A DNA stretch of 11,335 nt, taken from NCBI GenBank assembly GCA_044220955.1, contig JBGAQA010000151.1, positions 1-11,335 on the forward strand. Reading direction: 5' to 3'. Below are positions 1-5,345 of this stretch, piece by piece. The translations under genes and the position numbers were made by a program. Positions within the stretch are counted from its first letter, which is position 1. The number at the start of each line of letters is the position of its first letter. This DNA comes from Sandaracinaceae bacterium (lineage in GTDB: Bacteria > Myxococcota_A > Polyangia > Polyangiales > Sandaracinaceae). Below the pieces are notes generated by a model that was given only the letters and a program-made list of their open reading frames with translations, ran no database searches and was not told where the DNA came from.

Positions 1-1
1 C

Positions 2-313
2 GTCGAGCAGCGCGGGCCGGGAACCTGGACGACGCGCCTCGAGTCGGGGGACTGGGTGCTCGAGCGCGACACGGATCGCGAGCACGCCGCCTTCGCCCTT
101 CACGACGGGCGCGTCGTCGCGATCCGCATCGAGGGGCCTGCGTCGGCGGAGCTCGACCCGACGCCCTCGTACGAAGAGACGGCCGAGAGCGTGAGGATCC
201 GCGCGCGCCGGGGCGAGCGGGTCGAGATCACGATCCTCTCGCGGACCTGCCCCACGCACCACGACGAGGCCGAGCGCCTCGTCGCGGAGCACGCGCGTCA
301 GCCGAGCCCGTAG
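2..313 (+). CDS. Hypothetical protein, C-terminal fragment (runs in from the left edge)
   Basis: The frame is open from base 2 (VEQRGPGTWTTRLESGDWVLERDTDREHAAFALHDGRVVAIRIEG...) to TAG at 311-313. It has GC-rich third positions and ordinary amino-acid composition. Its 3' end overlaps the convergent regulator by 16 bp. No family recognised. Confidence 0.65.
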   Translation, partial: VEQRGPGTWTTRLESGDWVLERDTDREHAAFALHDGRVVAIRIEGPASAELDPTPSYEETAESVRIRARRGERVEITILSRTCPTHHDEAERLVAEHARQPSP

Positions 314-1839
314 CGCTTGAGCCGCTCGTTCAGCGTCGTGCGGCTGATGTCGAGCTCGCGGGCGAGCTGGGTTCGGTTGCCCGCCGTGCGCGCGAGCCCG
401 CGCTCGAAGATGCCGCGCTCGAGCGCCTCCACCGCCTGCGCGAGCGTGCCGTCGTCGGGCGAGGGCGGAGGCGAAGGCGAAGGCGAGGCTGGTGACGCGC
501 CAGCACGCCCGGCGAACCCCCCTGCATCGCGGACCTCCGGCGAGAGATGCTCCGGGCGCACGTTGTCCTCGTCCGCCGCGACGACGCCCCAGCGCGAGAC
601 CTCCGCGGCGAGCTGCCGCACGTTGCCGGGCCAGGGGTAGCGCTCGAGGCAGCGCATCGCATCGTCGGCGATCCCGACCGGCGCGTGGGGGGTCCTGGCG
701 AGGAAGTGGGCGAGCAGCACGGCGAGATCGCCGACGCGCTCGCGCAGCGGCGGCAAGCGCATCGCCAGCACGTGCAGGCGATAGAAGAGATCCTCGCGGA
801 ACGCCCCGCTCTCGACGAGCGCGGACAGATCGTGGTGCGTGGCGGCGATCACGCGCACGTCCGCGCGACGCGGGCTCGTCGCGCCGACCGGCGTGTAGGT
901 GGCATCGCTCAGCACGCGCAGCAGCTTGACCTGCATCGCGGGCGACATCTCCGCGACCTCGTCGAGGAAGAGCGTGCCGCCGCTCGCCGCGCCGAAGAGC
1001 CCGCCCTCGGCGCGGAGCGCGCCCGAGAACGCCCCCCGCACGTGCCCGAAGAGCGCCGACTCGAGCAGCTCGTCCGACATCGCGGCGCAGCTCTGCGCGA
1101 CGAAGGGTCCTTTCCGGCGCGGCCCCGCGTCGTGGATCGCGCGCGCCGCCAGCTCCTTGCCGGTGCCGCTCTCGCCGAGGATCAGCACCGAGACCTCCGA
1201 GTCGCCGACGCGCCGGATCAGCTCGAACACCTCTCGCATCGCCGGCGAGCCACCCAGGATGCCGTACGCGCCAGGTGCCGCGGCCGACGGGCCGCGCGTC
1301 CTCTTGCGCTCGCGCGTCTCGGCGTCGGCGATCTCCTCGGCGGCCACGCGCAGGATCGCGCGCACCACGTCGATGCGATCGCCGCGCACCTGCGGAAGCT
1401 TCCGGATCAGCTCGCCGGCGTCGAGCAGGCTCGGGTCGAGCGAGAGGAGCTCACGCGCGAGCCTGGCCGGGTCGGGCGGGGGGACGTTCGGCAGCGTGGT
1501 CGCGAGGAAGCCGCTCGCCACGACGGCGGCGACCACCTCGCCATCGACGATCACCGGGACCGAGATCGCCGCGAGGCCGAGGTGGCAGGGCCCGGCGGTC
1601 TCGGCGTCGCGCGTGCCCAGCGACCGATAGAACGCGTCGCAGCGTGCGAAGCCCTCGCGCGAGAAGAGCGCGCTCTTGCAGCACTCGGACGAGGCCTGCA
1701 TCACCGCGCCACGCGCGTGCGCCACGGGGCCCGCGCCCGACGTGACGACCAGCTCGAGCTTCATCGCCGCGCGCAAGGTCGCCCTGAGCGCAGCCACGCC
1801 GGGGAGGCGTTCGAAGCGATCGAGCGGCGTCTCTTCCAC
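298..1839 (-). CDS. Sigma54-dependent Fis-family enhancer-binding protein with N-terminal PocR-like sensor domain
   Basis: AAA+ motifs: Walker A GESGTGKE, ESALFGHVRGAFSGA, Walker B FLDEV, FREDLFYRL, YPWPGNVRQL. C-terminal HTH: GNRTQLARELDISRTTLNERL. The N-terminal ECC-x12-C...GPCHLGLAAISVPVIVDGEVVAAVVASG fits the PocR pattern. Start placed at GTG 1839 (alternative ATG 1881); the ORF-track start at 2043 overlaps the divergent gene. Confidence 0.92.
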   Translation of the reverse strand: MEETPLDRFERLPGVAALRATLRAAMKLELVVTSGAGPVAHARGAVMQASSECCKSALFSREGFARCDAFYRSLGTRDAETAGPCHLGLAAISVPVIVDGEVVAAVVASGFLATTLPNVPPPDPARLARELLSLDPSLLDAGELIRKLPQVRGDRIDVVRAILRVAAEEIADAETRERKRTRGPSAAAPGAYGILGGSPAMREVFELIRRVGDSEVSVLILGESGTGKELAARAIHDAGPRRKGPFVAQSCAAMSDELLESALFGHVRGAFSGALRAEGGLFGAASGGTLFLDEVAEMSPAMQVKLLRVLSDATYTPVGATSPRRADVRVIAATHHDLSALVESGAFREDLFYRLHVLAMRLPPLRERVGDLAVLLAHFLARTPHAPVGIADDAMRCLERYPWPGNVRQLAAEVSRWGVVAADEDNVRPEHLSPEVRDAGGFAGRAGASPASPSPSPPPSPDDGTLAQAVEALERGIFERGLARTAGNRTQLARELDISRTTLNERLKRYGLG

Positions 1840-1844
1840 CAGGG

Positions 1845-1881
1845 CCGTGAGGATACGATCGATTCCGTCACGGTGTAGCAT
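1845..1881. promoter_or_regulatory. Divergent promoter region with an imperfect inverted repeat and back-to-back -10-like hexamers
   Basis: CCGTGA (1845-1850)-N17-TCACGG (1868-1873). Minus-strand TATCCT at 1855-1850 lies 10 nt before GTG 1839. Plus-strand TAGCAT at 1876-1881 lies 7 nt before ATG 1889. Confidence 0.45.
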
Positions 1882-1888
1882 CGGCCGC

Positions 1889-2554
1889 ATGAACCCGATC
1901 GACATGATCCGCTTCGTCCACACCGCGATCACCGTGGAGGCCGACGCGCTGCAGGCAGCATGCTCGATCGTGCGCGGCGAGACCGACGCGCGGGCCATCG
2001 GCGAGCGCGTCGCCATGCTCGCGCGCGTCGTGAACGGACACACCCACGCCGAGGAGCAGTCGGTCTTCCCCGCGCTCGACGAGCGCGCGCCGCACGTGTC
2101 TGCGACGTACCTCTTCGATCACCAGGACGAGCGCGCGCTCTTCGCCGAGATCGAGCGGGTCGCGACCGAGACGGCGGCGCACCCGAGCGCGGAGGGCTTC
2201 GCGAACCTCGGGCGCCTCGGCGTCGCGCTGCGCGAGCACCTCGTCGTGCACATCCGGAAGGAGAACGAGCTGATCCTGCCCTTGGTGGCCAAGCTCTTCC
2301 CGCCGCCCGAGCAGGTGGGGATCGTGCAGAAGCTGATGGCCTCGATCCCGCCCCCCGACATGCTCGTCGCGGCCGGCTGGATGGCGTCGAGACTACCCGC
2401 CGACGATCGCCGCCGCTGGCTGGACGGCGTCGCGAGGACGGCGCCCGCGCCCGCGCTCGGAGCGATCGCGAAGTCGGTGAGAGCGGCGCTGGACCCGGCG
2501 GCGTGGTCGGAGCTGGTGGCGCACGTCCCGGCGCTCGCAGCCGCTGCGGGCTGA
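1889..2554 (+). CDS. Hemerythrin-like (HHE cation-binding) domain protein, 221 aa
   Basis: Ligand pattern of hemerythrin-like four-helix bundles: FVHTAI, HTHAEEQSVFPALD, DHQDE, HIRKENELILP. Start at ATG 1889 (MNPIDMIRFVH); the ORF-track extension to 1676 overlaps the regulator. Confidence 0.9.
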   Translation: MNPIDMIRFVHTAITVEADALQAACSIVRGETDARAIGERVAMLARVVNGHTHAEEQSVFPALDERAPHVSATYLFDHQDERALFAEIERVATETAAHPSAEGFANLGRLGVALREHLVVHIRKENELILPLVAKLFPPPEQVGIVQKLMASIPPPDMLVAAGWMASRLPADDRRRWLDGVARTAPAPALGAIAKSVRAALDPAAWSELVAHVPALAAAAG

Positions 2555-2569
2555 GGAGCGCGAGGCGCG

Positions 2570-4336
2570 TCACCGCATCAGCACGTAGGTGCTGCCAGGA
2601 CCTCGCCGGAGCAGCACCACGGCCGACCCGCCGGCCGACGCGTACGCGCGCTGGAAGTCGGCCGCGCTGCCGATCGCGGCGCCGTTGGTCTCGATGATCA
2701 CGTCCCCGACGTCGACCCCCGCGGCGTCGCCGCTCGCGCCACGCGTGACGTTCACCACGACGGCGCCGTGCGCGACGGCGCTCGGGACTCGGAACAGGGC
2801 GCGGGTCGAGGCGTCGAGATCGGCCACCGCCAGGCCGCCGACGTCGAGCGTCGCGGGCATGCCCGTCGGGGGAGGCGGCGGCGCCAGGCGCGGATCGGCC
2901 GCCCGCGGGTCGCGCGGATCGATCGCCCGCGGATCGCGCGGATCGAGGGCGCGTGGATCGCGCGGATCGAGGGGTGCGCTCGGGCCCGTCCCCCAGCCCG
3001 GTGGCGCGCTCGGGCCGCCCCACCCAGGCGGGAAGAGCGGCGCGCCCGGAACGCCGAAGCTCGGCGGCACGGCCCAGGGATCGGGCTGCGGCCCCGGACC
3101 GCGCGGCGCGCTGCGGGGATCGGGCGAGGGCCCACGCGGCGGGGCCACCTGCGGCCGGCCGGGCCGCGGCTCGAGCACGATCGGGAGCGTCCGCGCCTCA
3201 CCGCTGCGCTCGATCGTCAGCTGCACGTGCGACCCCGAGCCGCGCGTGGCGACGAGGTTCCGCAGCTGAGCGCTCGACGTCAGCCGCTCCGTGTCGAGCT
3301 GCTCGATGATGTCTCCGCGCACGAGCCCGCCCTCGGCGCCCGGCGAGCCGGGCTCGACGTCGGTGACGAGCACGCCCTGCGTCGCCGTCGCGTGCATCGC
3401 GCGCGCGAGGTCCGGGTCGAGATCCTGGATCGTGACGCCGAGCCAGCCGCGCGTGACCTGGCCGTGCGCGAGCAGCGCCTCGACGATCGGGTGGACCATC
3501 GCCGTCGGGATCGCGAAGCCGATGCCGACGCTACCGCCGCGGCCGCCGGGACCGCCGCCGCCGCTCAGGATCGCGGTGTTGATCCCGACCAGCTCGCCGC
3601 GCATCGACACGAGCGCGCCTCCCGAGTTGCCGGGGTTGATCGAGGCATCGGTCTGGATGAAGTCCTCGTACTCGGCGATGCCCATGTCCGCGCGACCGAC
3701 CGCCGACACGATGCCCATCGTCACCGTCTGGCCGACGCCGAAGGGGTTGCCGATCGCGAGCACCGTGTCGCCCAGCCGCAGCGCGCTCGAGTCGCCGTAC
3801 GCGAGCGGCGTGAGGTGCAGCGTCTCGCCCGCCGGCGGCGTGATGCGCAGGAGCGCCACGTCGGTCATCTCGTCGGTCCCGACGATGCTCGCCGGGTACT
3901 CGTGGCCGTCCGCGAAGTGCACGCGGATGGTCGTGCCACCCTCGACCACGTGGTTGTTCGTGACGACGAGGCCGTCCTCGCTCACCACGACCCCCGAGCC
4001 GAGGCTCTGCCCGCCCATCGCCTCCGGCGGCCCGCCGTAGGGCGAGCGGGCGGGCGCCATGTGCGAGCTCGAGATGTTCACGACGCTCGGCAGCACGTGG
4101 GCGACGACCTCGGGGAGCGACGCGTCCGGCGCGAGGTCGGCCTGCGGCAAGGGAGCCGGGGGGGCGGGAGCGGGCGCGCTCGGAGCGCTCGGAGGCGCGG
4201 CGGACGGGGCCCGTGTGTCGACCGCCTCGACCGGCGCCGGCGCGCTCACGTGGACGTAGATCGCGGCGCCGGCGACGGCGAGCGCGATCGTGGTGATGCT
4301 CCAGGACAAGAGGACGAGCGGGCTGATGCGGTTCAT
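2570..4336 (-). CDS. DegP/HtrA (Do/DegQ) family serine endoprotease: N-terminal membrane anchor, trypsin domain, two PDZ domains
   Basis: Catalytic triad contexts TNNHVV (His), TDVALL (Asp) and FIQTDASINPGNSGGAL (Ser). Also GDTVLAIGNPFGVGQTVTMGIVSA, RGWLGVTIQ (PDZ1) and AGVDVGDVIIETNG (PDZ2). Hydrophobic N-terminal helix. Confidence 0.96.
   Translation of the reverse strand: MNRISPLVLLSWSITTIALAVAGAAIYVHVSAPAPVEAVDTRAPSAAPPSAPSAPAPAPPAPLPQADLAPDASLPEVVAHVLPSVVNISSSHMAPARSPYGGPPEAMGGQSLGSGVVVSEDGLVVTNNHVVEGGTTIRVHFADGHEYPASIVGTDEMTDVALLRITPPAGETLHLTPLAYGDSSALRLGDTVLAIGNPFGVGQTVTMGIVSAVGRADMGIAEYEDFIQTDASINPGNSGGALVSMRGELVGINTAILSGGGGPGGRGGSVGIGFAIPTAMVHPIVEALLAHGQVTRGWLGVTIQDLDPDLARAMHATATQGVLVTDVEPGSPGAEGGLVRGDIIEQLDTERLTSSAQLRNLVATRGSGSHVQLTIERSGEARTLPIVLEPRPGRPQVAPPRGPSPDPRSAPRGPGPQPDPWAVPPSFGVPGAPLFPPGWGGPSAPPGWGTGPSAPLDPRDPRALDPRDPRAIDPRDPRAADPRLAPPPPPTGMPATLDVGGLAVADLDASTRALFRVPSAVAHGAVVVNVTRGASGDAAGVDVGDVIIETNGAAIGSAADFQRAYASAGGSAVVLLRRGPGSTYVLMR
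2888..2971 (-). repeat. In-frame 24-bp tandem repeat (about 3.5 copies) encoding [L/I/A]DPRDPRA
   Basis: Protein reads LDPRDPRA-LDPRDPRA-IDPRDPRA-ADPR; the plus strand shows recurring cgcggatcg units. Confidence 0.9.
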
Positions 4337-4374
4337 GGCGATGCAGAGCGCTCCGTAAGTCCTCGTCCCCGGCT

Positions 4375-4404
4375 TGTCACGGGGTCGGTGTCACGGGGTC
4401 GGTG
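4375..4404. repeat. Perfect 14-bp tandem direct repeat TGTCACGGGGTCGG x2 (+TG) in the degP/lipoprotein divergent intergenic region
   Basis: 4375-4388 and 4389-4402 are identical, and the periodicity continues for 2 more bases. Confidence 0.9.
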
Positions 4405-4475
4405 GCGCGCGTAGGAGGACACCCGAGCCCAGGGGGTTCTTCCGGCGAGTCGGCGACGCGCGGTATCCTCGCGGG

Positions 4476-5219
4476 ATGAGGGTGCGGGCCGCGCTCACGG
4501 TGATGCTCGCGCTGGCGTGCTCGACGCCCGCCTCCCCCGACGGCGACGCCGGAGGGACCGATGCCGGCACGATCGACGCCGCCGCCGTCGACACGGGCGG
4601 GAGCGACGCCGGCGCCACCGACACCGGGGCCCCGGACGCGGCCGACGCGCGGGCGAGCGCCGACACGGGCACCCCGATCGCCTGCGCCACGGCCGACGAC
4701 TGTCTTGGCAGCCAGCCCGCGTGTGACACGACCACCCACCTCTGCGCGGCGTGCGCGAGCGACGCGGACTGCCGGGGCCTGTTCTGCGACCCAGCGAGCG
4801 GCGAGTGTCGCGACTGCGTGGTGAACGCACACTGCACCGACCCGGCGACGCCGATCTGCGATCCGACGAGCCGGCAGTGCAGCGCGACCTGCGCCAGCGA
4901 CGCCGACTGCCCACACACGGGCAGCCGTCCCGCGCACTGCCACCCCAGCCTGCACGTGTGCGTCGACTGCACGGGAAACGGGATGTCGTGCGCGTTCTGC
5001 GAGACGCTCACGTACAGCTGCGTGGGGTGCATCGTGGACGGCGACTGCCCCCGCTCCGCTCCCAGCTGCGGGCCCTCGCACGAGTGCACCAGCACGTGCG
5101 CCACCGACGCCGACTGCGGCGGCCTGGTCTGCGACGAGGCGAGCCACGCGTGCGTCGAGTGCGCCACCAACGCCGACTGCTCCCCCGAGATCTGTCAGGT
5201 CGACCACACCTGCGGCTGA
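4476..5219 (+). CDS. Cys-rich repeat lipoprotein (myxobacterial type), 247 aa
   Basis: Signal peptide with lipobox (MRVRAALTVMLALA|C), an Asp/Ala/Gly/Thr linker (DAG repeats), then eight 4-Cys modules starting C-x-x-[DN]-x-D-C or a variant (32 Cys). TATCCT lies 6 nt before ATG 4476. Confidence 0.85.
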   Translation: MRVRAALTVMLALACSTPASPDGDAGGTDAGTIDAAAVDTGGSDAGATDTGAPDAADARASADTGTPIACATADDCLGSQPACDTTTHLCAACASDADCRGLFCDPASGECRDCVVNAHCTDPATPICDPTSRQCSATCASDADCPHTGSRPAHCHPSLHVCVDCTGNGMSCAFCETLTYSCVGCIVDGDCPRSAPSCGPSHECTSTCATDADCGGLVCDEASHACVECATNADCSPEICQVDHTCG

Positions 5220-5259
5220 GCGCGACCGGCCTCCCATACCTCTTTCTCTCCTCGCGTTC

Positions 5260-5288
5260 TCGACGCGACCCCGAACCCGTGCCACGTT
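5260..5288 (+). promoter_or_regulatory. Putative sigma70-type promoter of topA
   Basis: TCGACG (5260-5265)-N17-CACGTT (5283-5288), with an extended -10 TG at 5280-5281. Degenerate match only. Confidence 0.35.
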
Positions 5289-5345
5289 GCCGCCCCGCTT
5301 CGCTGGGGGCGAATGCCCCCGGTCGGAGCCGGACTGGATCAGCAC

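Noticed and set aside
1872..1885. GG-N10-GC spacing just before the hemerythrin ATG
   Set aside because: It lacks the TGGCAC and TTGC context, and would place the TSS inside the coding sequence.
2888..4404. Tandem repeats considered as a CRISPR array or mobile-element ends
   Set aside because: There are no unique spacers, cas genes or transposase. One repeat is in-frame coding and the other has only two adjacent copies.
317..4414. Alternative ORFs over the regulator, hemerythrin and degP (e.g. 547..1878, 1929..3023, 2768..4414)
   Set aside because: They overlap well-supported genes, have biased composition and show no motifs.
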